From Malacoraja senta (lineage: Eukaryota), in the NCBI GenBank assembly GCA_038087875.1, contig CM075993.1, positions 4,156,001-4,220,000 of the forward strand: DNA of 64,000 nucleotides. The letters run 5' to 3'. How positions within the stretch are numbered: position 1 is the first letter of the stretch; the number at the start of each line of letters is the position of its first letter. Shown in pieces: positions 24,281-36,915 of this stretch. Position numbers and translations under genes: made by a program. The notes under the pieces were generated by a model. The model saw only the letters and a program-made list of their open reading frames with translations. It ran no database searches and was not told the DNA's origin.

Positions 24281-25170
24281 ATGTATCTATACACTGTGAA
24301 TGGCTCGATTGTAATCATGTATTGTCTTTCAGGTGTCTGGAGAGCATGCAGCAAAAGCTTTTCACTGTAGCTCGGTACACGTTACAATAATATACTAATC
24401 GAAACTAAACTAAACGATAGTCGTAGCCTGCACAACCTCTTCCCTGTAGCTCAGGCCCTCGAGTAGACTATTTTGTTGAAAGAAGGTCTCCAGCAGTTAA
24501 CTGTGTTTCATTTACATTATTGTTTGCAGCATTTAATGGAGCATTCCCTAATTGCTCAGAGAAGATTCAATCTTTAGGATCCTATTATGCACACGCACGG
24601 GAGTTATTATATTTTTCCTGTCTGCATCTCTTGCTCAAAGCCCGTGTTTCTGTTGATGATGGTTGCCATTAAGTGGTTGAGCCATAATTGGGACTGACTG
24701 GGCATTTTAATGCACTCATCAGCAAGCTCTTTATAGAAGCAGATACTAAAAGCGTTGAGGTCACACAGAGATTTTGATATTCAAGGGTGGAGGCGGACGC
24801 GAATGTTTGATGTGCGTGCAGCGGATCAGTGGTCCGAATTAAAATGGCGTCGGGAGAGGGTTCGTGTGTCAAAATGCCTCTCCCGCTTCCCTTCAAAATT
24901 CTTCCTCCCCCTTCCCAGTGTCTGGAAACACTCCTGGATATTGACCATGTGTGAGGATCCGGGTTCCGATGCAGTTTCTCGAATCTGATTCCGTGAATGT
25001 CATCTCTACTGAATACAGGGCAAGCGACTTGTTTAGTTTAGTTTAGAAACATAGAAAATAGGTGCAGGAGTAGGCCATTTGGCCCTTCGAGCCAGCACCG
25101 CCATACAATATGATCACGACTGATCATCCAATATCAGTGCCCCATTCCTGCTTTCTCGAGTTATATCTAA

Positions 25171-26122
25171 AGCCCCTGTCCCACTGTACGAGGTAATTCA
25201 AGAGTTCTCCCGAGTTTACCCCTGATTCGAACTCGGAGAATGTCCGTAGCGGGCCCGTAGGAGTTCGTGGATGTCACGTAGCGGCTCGTACGAGTAAAAA
25301 GCACAATTTTTTTTCATCGCGTGTATTGTTTTACTCGTGGACATTTTTCATAGTGTTGAAAAAACGTCACGAGTTTACCGGATTTCCCGGGTACCTACCG
25401 GTACTTGTACGAGCCGCTACGGGACATCCACGAACCCGCTACGGACAATCTCCGAGTTCGAATCAGGGGAAAACCCGGGAGAACTGAGGAAGGACATTAT
25501 AGCCATAGAGGGAGTGCAGAGAAGGTTGACCAGACTGATTCCTGGGATGTCAGGACTTTCATATGAAGAAAGACTGGATAGACTTGGCTTATACTCGCTA
25601 GAATTTAGGAGATTGAGAGGGGATCTTATAGAAACGTACAGAATTCTTATGGGGTTGGACAGGCTAGATGCAGGAAGATTGTTCCCGATGTTGGGGAAGT
25701 CCAGGACAAGGGGTCACAGCTTAAGGATAAGGGGAAATCCTTTAAGACCGAGATGAGAAAAAACTTTTTCACACAGAGAGTGGTGAATCTCTGGAACTCT
25801 CTGCCACAGAGGGTAGTTGAGGCCAGTTCATTGGCTATATTTAAGAGGGAGTTAGATGTGGCCCTTGTGGCTAAAGGGATCAGGGGGTATGGAGAGAAGG
25901 CAGGTGCAGGATACTGAGTTGGATGATCAGCCATGATGATATTGAATGGCGGTGCAGGCTCGAAGGGCCGAATGGCCTACTCCTGCACCTATTTTCTATG
26001 TATCTATGTATCTATGGGACATCCACGAACTCCTACGGACCCGCTATGGACATTCTCCGAGTTCGAATCAGGGGAAAAATCGGGAGAACTCTTGATTTAC
26101 CTCGTACAGTGGGACAGGCCCT
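25171..26122. mobile_element. Harbinger-like MITE (TAA TSD) interrupted by a CR1 LINE
   Basis: TIR cctgtcccactgtacgaggtaa / ttacctcgtacagtgggacagg; taa on both sides. Confidence 0.88.
25484..26015 (+). mobile_element. Young CR1/HER1-type LINE 3' fragment
   Basis: LRKDIIAIEGVQRRLTRLIPGMSGLSYEERLDRLGLYSLE; (ctatgtat)n tail. Confidence 0.92.
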
Positions 26123-26739
26123 TAACTGTTGAAAACATCCTAAAGTAATGACCCGAAACGTCGCCCATTCCTTCTCTCCAGAGATGCTGCCTCGCCCGCT
26201 GAGTTACTCCAGCATTTTGTGTCTACCTTCGGTTTATACCAGCATCTGCAGCTCTTCCTTACACGACTTATTCTTCTGCTACAGGTGATGGAATCTCCAC
26301 CCGGAAAGACTGAGCCAGCGCTCACCTCGCCCACCAACGCGTGGCATGTCTCCAGACCTGGCAGGCAATCCATCAGCATCATACTGCACGGGGCAACTGA
26401 TCTACCAGCTCTCAGCGACGGCTCTGTGCCCCAGCCCTTTGGGACGGTGTGAGTATCGGGGCGAAGGGTCCCGACCCCGAAACGTCACGTATCCATCCAA
26501 GACCACGAAGAGAAAGTTAGCATGTCACATCCAGCTTTCCTTCTCCCCCCTCCCCCTCCCCTTACAATCAGTCCCAACCCAAAATGTCAACCATCCATGC
26601 TGTCCAGAGATGCTGCCTGACATGCTGGGTTACTCCAGCACTCGGTGTCCTTTTGTGCCAACCAGCAGCTGCAGTTCCTTGTTTCTACTGAGCGCCAGGC
26701 CCTATTGTTCGTAGCAGCATTGTTACAGGGAGCAAATGG

Positions 26740-27030
26740 GTTTAGTTTTATTTAGAGGTACAGCACGGGAACTGCCCCTCAGCCCACCGTGTCCGCACCG
26801 ACCAGCGATCCCCGCACACTAACGCTATCCTACACACACTAGGGATGATTTACACTTCTACCAAAGCCAATTAACCTACAAACCTGTACGTCTTTGGAGC
26901 GTGGGGGGGGGGAAACCGAAGATCTCGGAGAAAACCCACGGGGAGAACGTGCAAACTCCGTACAGACAGCGCCCGTAGTCGGGATCGAACCGGGGTCTCC
27001 GGCGCAGCAACGCTGCCGTTGCGCCACCGT
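26740..27030 (-). mobile_element. V-SINE
   Basis: Reverse SINE consensus from (tttag)n tail to gcgccaccgtg head. Confidence 0.85.
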
Positions 27031-28302
27031 GTTGTGACAGAAAGCTATTGCATGATGGAGTTGGGGGGAGGAGGGAGAGGCAGTGGTGAGGGTAAGTGTT
27101 ATTCACCCAGTGCCACCTTGGCGTTGACTTGGAATTCAACGGGATAACGTAGAATCCGTGTGAAGGGGCGATCGATGGTTGGTATGGATCGGTGCACTGA
27201 AGATGGGTCCTTCCTTCTCTCCAGAAATGCTGCCTGTCCCGCTGAGTTACTCCAGCATATTCTGAGTTACTCTATCTTCGCTGCACTGAAAGTCCTGCTT
27301 CCATGCCTTATCTCCAAACCAAGCTAAACCAAACTAAATAAAACTAAACTAAACTCAACCTCCCACCCAACACCTACAAGCTCCCCCCCTAAAATAACTC
27401 ACTACCCTGACTCGGAATGGATCCGTAGTTGGGATAACATAGGATTCGTGTGGACGGGTGGTCGATGGTCAGGATGGACTCAGTGGGCCGAAGGGCCTGT
27501 TTCCATGCTGTATCTCTAAAGTAAAGCCATGATCACATTGAATGGCGGTGCTGGCTCGAAGGGCCGAATGGCCTACTCCTGCACCTATTGTCTATTGTCT
27601 AAACTAGTCAGTGTTCTCAGTGAACAACAAACGTGCAGTTAGCTAAACCAATGCTAATCGTTTTTTATGCTTGGTTAATTGGAAGGCCTGATCTGAAAAA
27701 CTGCGCCCCACCCCGTGCAGAGTTTGATGAGATATCTGCTTTGATATAGCCTGTCACTGGTCATGAATTTTTAACAATGTGCAAACTCTCATTAATCTTT
27801 CAGCATGGTGGTTTTCTCTGTGAATGCAATCATCACTTGCTGGAATAGGTGCAGTAAAACATCACAAATCAGGGCCCTTGAGGGCTGGTTAAAAACAAAG
27901 CAAAGAGATGAACTCCATAAAGCCTGCTCTCGAGTGGAGGTTTAATTGAACCAAGTATGTTGCGTTCTCCCGACCATGCATTGCGTGTGCGTGTCTGTGG
28001 GTGCGGGACGTGCATGAATGCGCGCATGTGTGTCTGTGTTTGCAGGTCGCTGTCTGTGCATGCCCTTGTTTATCCAGGAACAAGGAACCGCAGGTGCTGC
28101 CTTGCGAAGGAGAGACAAAGTGCTGGAGTAACTCAGCTGGTCAGGCTGCATCTCTGGAGAACGTGGATAGGTGACTTTTTGGGTCAGGATGCCAAAGAAG
28201 GGACCTGACCAAAGATCAGAGAGCGGAGCTCTGACCCAAAACGTTCTTCAGGGATGATGCCTGAGCTGCTGAGTTACTCCAGCAGTCTTCCCTTATTTAT
28301 TC

Positions 28303-29243
28303 TGTGTGTGTGTGTGCATGTGTGGGTGTGTGCATGTGTGGGTGTGTGTGTGTGTGTGTGCATGTGTGGGTGTGTGGGTGTGTGCGTGTGTGCATGTGTA
28401 GGTGTGTGCGTGTGGGTGTGTGCGTGTGTGGGTGTGTGGGTGTGTGCGTGTGTGCATGTGTGGGTGTGTGCGTGTGTGCATGTGTGGGTGTGTGCGTGTG
28501 TGCATGTGTGGGTGTGTGCGTGTGTGCATGTGTATGTATGCATGTGTGTGTTTGTGTACGCATGTGTGTGTATGCATGTGTGTGTATGAATGTGTGTGTG
28601 TGTATATGCATGTGTGTGTGTGCGTGTATGTATGTGTGTGCATGTGTATGTATGCATGTGTGTGTGTTTGCATGAGTGTGTGTATGAATGTGTGTGTGTG
28701 TGTGTATGCATGTGTGTGTGTGTGTGTATGCATGTGTGTGTGTGTTTGCATGAGTGTGTGTATGAATGTGTGTGTGTGTGTGTATGCATGTGTGCGTGTG
28801 TGCATGTGTGTGTGTGCAAGGCTGTGTACATCTTTTTTATTTGCATGCCTGCATCAATATGTATGCTTATGTACTAATGTTTCTGTGCAACAATGTCGAT
28901 GTGTGCATTTCTATTTGCATTTGCCACTGCATGAATATCTGTGTGTGTATGTCTATCTGTGTGTGTGGGTTAGTGTGCCTGTTCCTATCTCAGTGTGTAT
29001 CCAGGTGAACGGGAGTGTTACTGACCAATACTGTACATGTTTGTATGCGGGAACATGCAATGTTTTTGTAGATGCCAGCGTGTGTGTCCGTGTGTGCGTC
29101 CGTGTGTGTGTCTGTCTGAGTGTTTGTGTGCCTCTGTGTATATTTATCTGTGTGTGAGAGAAGGGAGAGAGACACAGAGAGAGACAGAGAGACTGAGAGA
29201 GACGGAGAAGAGAGAGAGAGTCAGAGAGAGACAGAGAGAGAGA
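28303..29243. repeat. Compound (TG)n / (TGCA) / (GA)n microsatellite field
   Basis: Directly visible; source of the His/Thr/Cys/Val ORFs. Confidence 0.95.
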
Positions 29244-29427
29244 AGGGCCTGTCCCACTTGGCCGTCATTTGCGCGTAATTTACGCCACATTATTTACGCG
29301 TCGTGCTGCGCACGTGGTGCGTGGTAACGTAGGCAATGACGCGCAGCGCCCCAGGATTTAGGGATGTACAAAATCTTCGCCCGCCATCTGCGTGACGCGC
29401 AAATGACACCCAAGTGGGACAGGCCCT
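29244..29427. mobile_element. Harbinger-like MITE (184 bp)
   Basis: TIR agggcctgtcccacttgg..gtcatttgcgcgt / acgcgcaaatgac..ccaagtgggacaggccct; aga on both sides. Confidence 0.85.
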
Positions 29428-29961
29428 AGAGAGGGAGACAGACAGACAGAGAGAGAGAGAGACAGCCAGACAGACAGAGACCAAGGAGTAGCCTTTGTGG
29501 ACATGGAAGTGTAGAAGCTGGTTTGGATACAACATGACCATCCATTATAGATCTCGTTAATTGTGGACTAGTCTCGGAGCCATGGACTTCTCTGCTCTAT
29601 CTCTATTGCTGACAGCCTTGGAGACTTATTAGCGTTTACCACAGCAACAGATCCCAGACCAGATAACGGGAGATTATAGATGTCTGATTACATGAAAGAA
29701 GGAAGCATTGATAAAAAAAATAAACTGGTAACAAACAGGATGAGTGGAAGTGACAAGAATCTTGCCAGAAAACACTCTTCAGAATAGCAAGCACCCAGTC
29801 CGGGGAAATTCAACTTTTTTAAAAATAAAACGCAAATCTCCGAGCTCTCTCACTGGGGAATGTCCGTGTTTATGCCTTATAGCAACTCACTGAATAGATT
29901 TTTTGTCAACCGATAAACAGGTAGGCTTGCGTCATCCAGTATTTGTGGATATAACAAATAC

Positions 29962-30290
29962 TGGGCGGCACAGTGGTGCAGCGGGTAGAACTGCTGCCTC
30001 ACAGTGCCAGCGACCCGGCTTCAATCCTGACCTGTGGTGCTGCCTGCGTGGAGTTTGCACGTTTTCCCTGTGACCACACGGGTTGTCTCTGGGTGCTCCA
30101 ATTTCTTCCTGCATTCCAAAGTGGTGCAGGTTTGTAGGTTAGTTGGCCTCTGTGAAAATTACCCCCTAGTGTATAGGGACTGGATGCGAAAATTGGATAA
30201 CATAGACCCAGTGTGAACTGGTGAACGATGGTCAGCATGGATTCGATGGGCCGAAAAGTCTGTTTCCAAGCTCAATCTCCAAATGAAACT
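29962..30290 (+). mobile_element. V-SINE (older subfamily)
   Basis: A/B boxes, V-domain, tail. Confidence 0.8.
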
Positions 30291-30837
30291 TAACAACTAT
30301 GATCTTTTATGGGCTAAATCTTTGTTTGCAGTACAGACTTTGGTTTTGCGCTATTATGGTAACCTAGTATTACGGTTATTTATTTATTATGCTGTTGATT
30401 TTATATATATATCTGTGTGTTATTGCATTTATGGGCCTGTTCGGCTGCAGCAAGCGAGAATGTTATTGTTCGACTAGACGGCGGGTGGACTCGTTGGGTC
30501 CCCGAGCAAGGAATTGCCGTCCCCCCAACGCAATAATCCACCAAACTGCGCATGCGCGGCCGCTGCGTTCAAAGTTGTGCCGCTGACGGGCAGAAATTGA
30601 TATAAAGTGAATAAAGTGAAGAGAGGACCCGAGGAGGCGTTTGTAAAATGGAACGAAACTTCCCCGTGGAGCCGTCGGGTCCCCGCTGTGAGGGCAGGCT
30701 AGTCGCTGAGTTACTCCAGCACTTTGTGTTAACATTCACCTTATTCACGTTGCCTATTTCCTTCGCTCCATAGATGCTGCTGCACCCGCTGAGTTTCTCC
30801 AGCACTTTTGTCTACCTTCACCTTATTATTGTTTTGG

Positions 30838-31265
30838 GACTTGTATTCACTGGAGTTTAGAAGGATGAGGGGGGGATTTTATAGAAACATATAAAATTAT
30901 AAAAGGACTGGACGGGCTAGATGCAGGGAAAATGTTCCCAATGTTGGGCGAGTCCAGAACCAGGGGCCACACAGGTTTAGAATAAAGGTGAGGTCATTTA
31001 GGACTGAGGTGAGAAAAAACTTTTTCACCCAGAGAGTTGTGAATTTGTGGAATTCCCTGCCACAGAGGGCAGTGGAGGCCAAATCACTGGATGGATTTAA
31101 GAGAGAGTTAGATAGAGCTCTAGGGATTAGTGGAATCAAGGGATATGGGGAGAAGGCAGGCACGGGTTATTGATTGGGGACGATCAGCCATGATCACAAT
31201 GAATGGTGGTGCTGGCTCGAAGGGCTGAATGGCCTCCTCCTGCACCTATTTTCTATCTTTCTATG
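30838..31265 (+). mobile_element. CR1/HER1-type LINE 3' fragment
   Basis: RTEVRKNFFTQRVVNLWNSLPQ...GYGEKAGTGY*. Confidence 0.9.
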
Positions 31266-32059
31266 GACAATTTGTTGTCCATAACTTTATGCCTTAACTT
31301 TGGAATTTCCAACGTCTGGCGAACGCAGTGAGGCCTCTTGCTCATTCCCGCATTTAATGGCTCCACTATCTGTAGTCAAGCCTCCATCTGCCAGAGTTCC
31401 TGCCTTTGGAATTCCCTACCTGCCCCTTTGTTCCTGGTTCTGCTTTCAGATGCTTCTTCCAATCCCAACTTTTCGATGGAGTTTTGTGGGAAGGACCTGC
31501 AGATGCTGGGTTTACACACCGAGGATAGACACAAAATGCTGGAGTAACTCAGCCGGACAGGCAGCATCTCGGGAGAGAAGGAATGGGTGACGTTTCGGGT
31601 TGAGACCCTTCGTCTTTGGCCTTCCACCCTCGGGTCCCCCACGTGTGGCACAGTGTCAAACCTTGTCTGATGCTGATCCAGTGAAGTGCTTGGGGCACCT
31701 CAACACACTCAAGATGCTAAATGAGTCCCAGTTACTGTTGCTGCCATTAGGTTCGAGTTTACAGGCAAACAACGTGACACATGCATGAGACCCCAGCAGA
31801 AAGATGTGTTAAATGAGGCTGAAAGAAGAGAGACAAGAATGGATGTGACTGCGTTATGGAATGGTTTTACTACTCCTGAAGCAAAGAAACAGTATTTAAT
31901 TCTTGTAGCTTGAATGCGCTGATGCCACAACCTCTGACAGTTGGTGCTTAATAAACCGATGAATGCATTTCAATCATTCTCGAATGCTCCTCTGTTTGAG
32001 TCCTGTGTTAGTCTCATTGTAAAGTGCCTGTTGTTTGAGGGGGAAGTGGGCCGTTGTAA

Positions 32060-32380
32060 GGGGCCTGTCCCACTGTACGAGTTCACCCAAGAGCTCTCCC
32101 GAGTTAAAATAAAAATTATCAAACTCGTGGTAAGCACGTAGAATGTACGTAGCGGGTACGTCGGAGCTCGGGGACGTCTCTTCGCGGCTCGTAACGCTAA
32201 CGGCAGGTACTCGGGAAACGGGGTAAGCTTGGGAAAACTCGTGACGTTTTTTCAGCATGTTGAAAAATGTCCACGAGGGCCCCGAATTCCCACGAGCGGC
32301 CATTACCGTAATTCTCCGAGTTCGAATCAGGGGAAACTCGGGAGAACTCGTGAATTACCTCGTACAGTGGGACAGGCCCT
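32060..32380. mobile_element. Harbinger-like MITE (TAA TSD), same subfamily as 14431-14760 in opposite orientation
   Basis: TIR gggcctgtcccactgtacgag / ctcgtacagtgggacaggccc; taa 32057-32059 and 32381-32383. Confidence 0.9.
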
Positions 32381-32649
32381 TAACAGTACCTACAAGGCCG
32401 GCGGCATAATCAAGGACCAGTCTCACCCTCTTCTCCCATCAGCCATCAGTCGAGAGGCACAGAAGTGTGACAGCGCTCCAGTTTCTGGGACAGGTGCTTC
32501 CCAGCTGTTATCCGGGAACTGACCGCTCCTCGCACAAGCTAGACTGACATCATGACCTCCCGTCTACCTCATTGGAGACCTTTGAGCTACCGATAATCAG
32601 ACATTATCGGGCTGTATCTTGCACAAAATGTTGTCCCCTTAATCCTTAT

Positions 32650-32897
32650 GTCTGTGGAATTCTCTGCCTCAGAAGGCGGTGGAGGCCAGTTCTCTGGATG
32701 CTTTCAAGAGAGAGCTAGATAGGGCTCTTAAAAATAGCGGAGTCAGGGGATATGGGGAGAAGGCAGGAACGGGGTACTGATTGGGGATGATCAGCCATGA
32801 TCACATTGAATGGCGGTGCTGGCTCGAAGGGCCGAATGGCCAACTCCTGCACCTATTGTCTATTGTCTATTGTCTATTGTCTATTGTCTATTGTCTA
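32650..32897 (+). mobile_element. CR1-type LINE 3' fragment with expanded (ctattgt)n tail
   Basis: Consensus match; about six tail units. Confidence 0.85.
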
Positions 32898-32959
32898 TCC
32901 ATAATCTGAGCACTGAGGAGGGCTTGTTTGTAATCATTTAGTACGTTGGACTTTAGGAC

Positions 32960-33265
32960 TTTAGAGAAACGGCGAGGAAACAGGCCCTTCGGCCCTCCGA
33001 GTCCACGCCAACCCGTGATCACCCAGTACACTGGCACTATCCGACACACACACACACGGGCCAATTTACAATTTTCCGGAAGGCAATTAACCTACAAAAC
33101 CTGTGCGTCTTTGGAGTGTGGGAGGAAACCGGAGAACGTTGGAGAAAACCCACGCGGTCACAGGGAGAGCGTACAAACTCCGTACAGACAGCACCCGTAG
33201 TCGGGATTGAACCCGGGTCTCTGGCGCTGTAAGGCAGCAACCCTACCGCTGCGCCACGGTGCCGG
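32960..33265 (-). mobile_element. V-SINE
   Basis: Reverse SINE consensus. Confidence 0.85.
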
Positions 33266-34004
33266 TACAATGGTAATATAGAGATGCCTCCACTCTCATT
33301 TCAGCCGTGAGCGCTGGGCCCCCCAACCACCCTCGCAGCGAGAATGTTTTTTTCCCCCCATTTCTCCTCTAATCCTTCTACCAGTGCCTTTAAATCTCTA
33401 CCCCTCTGTTTTATTGGCCCCCTCTGTCTAGGCTGCACGTTATGTTTCATCTTACAAGTTTAGAGGGATGGCAGGAAACATCGGCTGATGAGCCAAATGC
33501 CAAACAAATTGAGTTTCTGAATGGTCTGATGTGGTGTTATCAAAGTTTTATTGTCATAGAGTCACATGTGGAAACGGACTTAAATTGTTGAATTTCTCAG
33601 TTCAGATCCGGTTTTGCTTTGTGTTATTTTATTTATTTCGTTTATTTTTATTCTTATTTTATTCTTATCAATTTTTTAATTGTTTTTAGATTAGGGGAGT
33701 TTTGTTTTTTCTTTTTCTTTTTGTCTTTTTATCTTTGCTTTTTTTTAAAACATTTATAAGTTTCCTTTTAAAGATTTAAATATATTTACATAGAGGTCTA
33801 TATTCATTGGTCTCATATTAAAGTAAAGCGACTTTTAGTCCTGAAAAGCGCTATATAAATAAAATCTATTATTATTATTATATTAGGTTATACCTGTAAT
33901 TAATGTAATCCTGATCCCTGACTTTGGGAGAACTGGGGATGGGGACTGGACATTGTGTCTTCCCCCACAGTGGTAACCATTGTGGGGGGATGATTTTTGT
34001 ATTA

Positions 34005-34757
34005 TCTAAATGGTGGCCGATTAGGAAATGGGGAGGTGTCATGGTACACCAGTCATTGAAAGTAGGCATGCAGGTGCAGCAGGCAGTGAAGAAAGCGAAT
34101 GGTATGTTGGCCTTCATAGCAAGAGGATTTGAGTATAGGAGCAGGGAGGTTCTACTGCAGTTGTACAGGGTCTTGGTGAGACCACACCTGGAGTATTGCG
34201 TACAGTTTTGGTCTCCAAATCTGAGGAAGGACATTATAGCCATAGAGGGAGTGCAGAGAAGGTTCACCAGACTGATTCCTGGGATGTCAGGACTTTCATA
34301 TGAAGAAAGACTGGATAGACTTGGCTTATACTCGCTGGAATTTAGGAGATTGAGAGGGGATCTTATAGAAACGTACAAAATTCTTATGGGGTTGGACAGG
34401 CTAGATGCACGAAGATTGTTCCCGATGTTGGGGAAGTCCAGGACAAGGGGTCACAGCTTAAGGATAAGGGGGAAATCCTTTAAGACCGAGATGAGGAAAA
34501 ACTTTTTCACACAGAGAGTGGTGAATCTCTGGAACTCTCTGCCACAGAGGGTAGTTGAGGCCAGTTCATTGGCTATATTTAAGAGGGAGTTAGATGTGGC
34601 CCTTGTGGCTAAGGGGATCAGGGGGTATGGAGAGAAGGCAGGTACGGGATACTGAGTTGGATGATCAGCCATGATCATATTGAATGGCGGTGCAGGCTCG
34701 AAGGGCCGAATGGCCTACTCCTGCACCTATTTTCTATGTATCTATGTATCTATGTAT
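34005..34757 (+). mobile_element. Young CR1/HER1-type LINE, 5'-truncated
   Basis: Stop-free ORF2 C-terminus to 34655: QVQQAVKKANGML...[15 protein letters not shown]...GYGEKAGTGY*. Confidence 0.95.
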
Positions 34758-34774
34758 GTAGTGTCTATTTTAGT

Positions 34775-35034
34775 CTGTGTCCAAGATGGCGGTCGGAAGG
34801 GAGAGTGGACGCTGGCGCGGTTTAGCTGCCGCTGCTCTCTCTTCACATTGTGTTTCTGATTTTTTTTTTTGTGTGTCTTTGGATCGAATTGTGTTTTTAA
34901 TTTGTGTATTGGTGATGTCTTTATAATTTATTTTACTCCGATTATATGTTTCCTTACTTGTTAAACTCTGTAAGGTGTCCTTGAGACTTTGGTATAAGGC
35001 CCCCATGAATAAAATTGATTATTATTATTATTAT
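34775..35034 (+). mobile_element. Short non-autonomous L2-type element
   Basis: 5' caagatggcgg motif; 3' gtaaggtgtccttgag...aataaaattg(att)n tail; no ORF. Confidence 0.55.
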
Positions 35035-35310
35035 GTATCAATATCATCGTTATCTTTATCATTATTTTTGCTCTGTTTTTAATGTTTTATTTTGGGTTTT
35101 TGGTTTTTGGAAAAAAAACAATAAAAATATATATTTTTAAAGAAAAGAAACAGGCCCTCCAGCCCAACTTACCCACGCCGACCAACATGTCCCACCTGAC
35201 TGTGTATGGCATATATCCCTTTGAACCTGTCCTATCCATGTACCTGTCTAAATGTTTCTTAAAACGTTGCGATTGTAATAAAATCGACACTCTTTTTTTT
35301 TAAAGAGTAA

Positions 35311-35893
35311 AAGGCCTGTCTCACGAGTCTGCGGTCATTGGCGGCTAAACGGGAAGAATCTGCCGCCATAGACCGCGCATTCGTGAGAACGCACAATTCC
35401 GGGGCCGTGCGGCGGTGTTCCCAACACCGCACGGTGCTAAAATAAAACCTACACTGTTGAAACATTTTTCCTACCGCACAGCCTCCACCACTGATGCACG
35501 AGTGCCGCACGGCCGCCCGCACGGCCGCCGCCAGTGTGGCTCGAGCGCCGTGCGTCAAACTTGCACCGCCACAGCCTCCGCCAGTGAGGCACGTGTGCGG
35601 CCCGGCCGCAGGCGCAGCCACCGCTACAGCGCCGCGATCAGGACGGCCGCCGCCACAGCCGCTGCTGGTGAGTCACGTGCGGCGGGCCGACGTCATCGCA
35701 GTCGGCCCGTCCTTTTTTTTAACTTACCGCAAGCACGTGGGACCAGCCGTATTTGAATCACTCGGCCCCCGCGCAGCATCCGTGCGGCGCTCCCGTGGAT
35801 AGGCTCGGCGCTCTCGCCGTTGCCGTGCGGTCCACTCTACAGGCGAAGCCGCGCTTCACCGCCGATGACCGCAAACACGTAAGACAGAGCCTT
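35311..35893. mobile_element. CpG-rich Harbinger-like MITE (diverged TIRs)
   Basis: aaggcctgtctcacgagtctgcggtcattggcgg vs ccgccgatgaccgcaaacacgtaagacagagcctt. Confidence 0.75.
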
Positions 35894-35969
35894 TAGGAGA
35901 AGGAGTCCGACTTCTACACTCTTTTTTAATGAAGATTTTGCTAAGACTTGAGTGCTTGAGATGGGCAAA

Positions 35970-36915
35970 CCAGGGGCTGAGGTTAGACCTTATAGATGTG
36001 TTTAACATCATAAGGGGGATAGACAGGGTGAATGCACAGTCTTTTACCCAGAGCGTGGGAATTTATGAACCAGAGGACATAGTTTTAAGCTGAGAAGGGA
36101 AATATTAAATAGGAACCTAAAGAATAACATTTTTCAGACAAAGGATATCGAACGAGCTGCCAGAGGAGGTAGTTGAGGTAGGTACAATAATAACATTTGA
36201 AAGATATTTGGACGGGTACATTGATAGGAAAAGTTTGGAGGGATATGGGCCAAATGCTGGCTGGTGGGACTAGCATAGATGGGGCATAAGGACATAAGTG
36301 ATAGGAGCAGAATTAGGCCAGTTGGCTCATCAACTTTGCTCTGCCATTCAATCATGGCGGATCTATCTCTCCCTCCTACCCACATTCTCCTGCCTTCTTC
36401 CCACAATCCCCGACACCCGTACTAATCAAGAGTCTATCTACCTCTTCCTTAAAAATATCCATTGACTTTGCCTCAATAGACAATAGGTGCAGGAGCAGGC
36501 CATTTGGCCCTTCGAGCCAGCACCGCCACTCAATGTGATCATGGCTGATCATCCCCAATCAGTATCCCGTTCCTGCCTTCTCCCCATATCCCCTGACTCT
36601 GCTATTTTTAAGAGCCCTATCTAGCTCTCCACAGCCTTCTGTGGCAAATAATTCCACAGATTCACCACCCTCACACTAAAGAAATTCCTCCTCATTCCGT
36701 TAGCCCTAAGAGCTATGTTTAACTCTCTCTTTAAAACATCCAATGAATCGGCCTCCACTGCCTACTGTGCCAGAGATTTCCACAGATTCACAACTCTCTG
36801 GGTGAAAAGGTTTTTTCCTCATCTCTGTCCAAAATGGCCGACCCCTTATTCTTACACTGCGGCCCCTGGTTCTGGACTCCCCCCCCCCAACTTCGGGAAC
36901 ATTTTCCCTGCAAGT
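35970..36915. mobile_element. Cluster of nested CR1-type LINE 3' fragments
   Basis: Several consensus 3' ends in both orientations. Confidence 0.75.

Noticed and set aside
28254..29157. His-Thr / Cys-Val ORFs (also 40502-41324 and 47374-48347)
   Set aside because: Translations of (CA)n/(TG)n microsatellites
35311..35893. CpG-island promoter (also 39690-40158)
   Set aside because: Bounded by MITE TIRs; CpG content is element-derived
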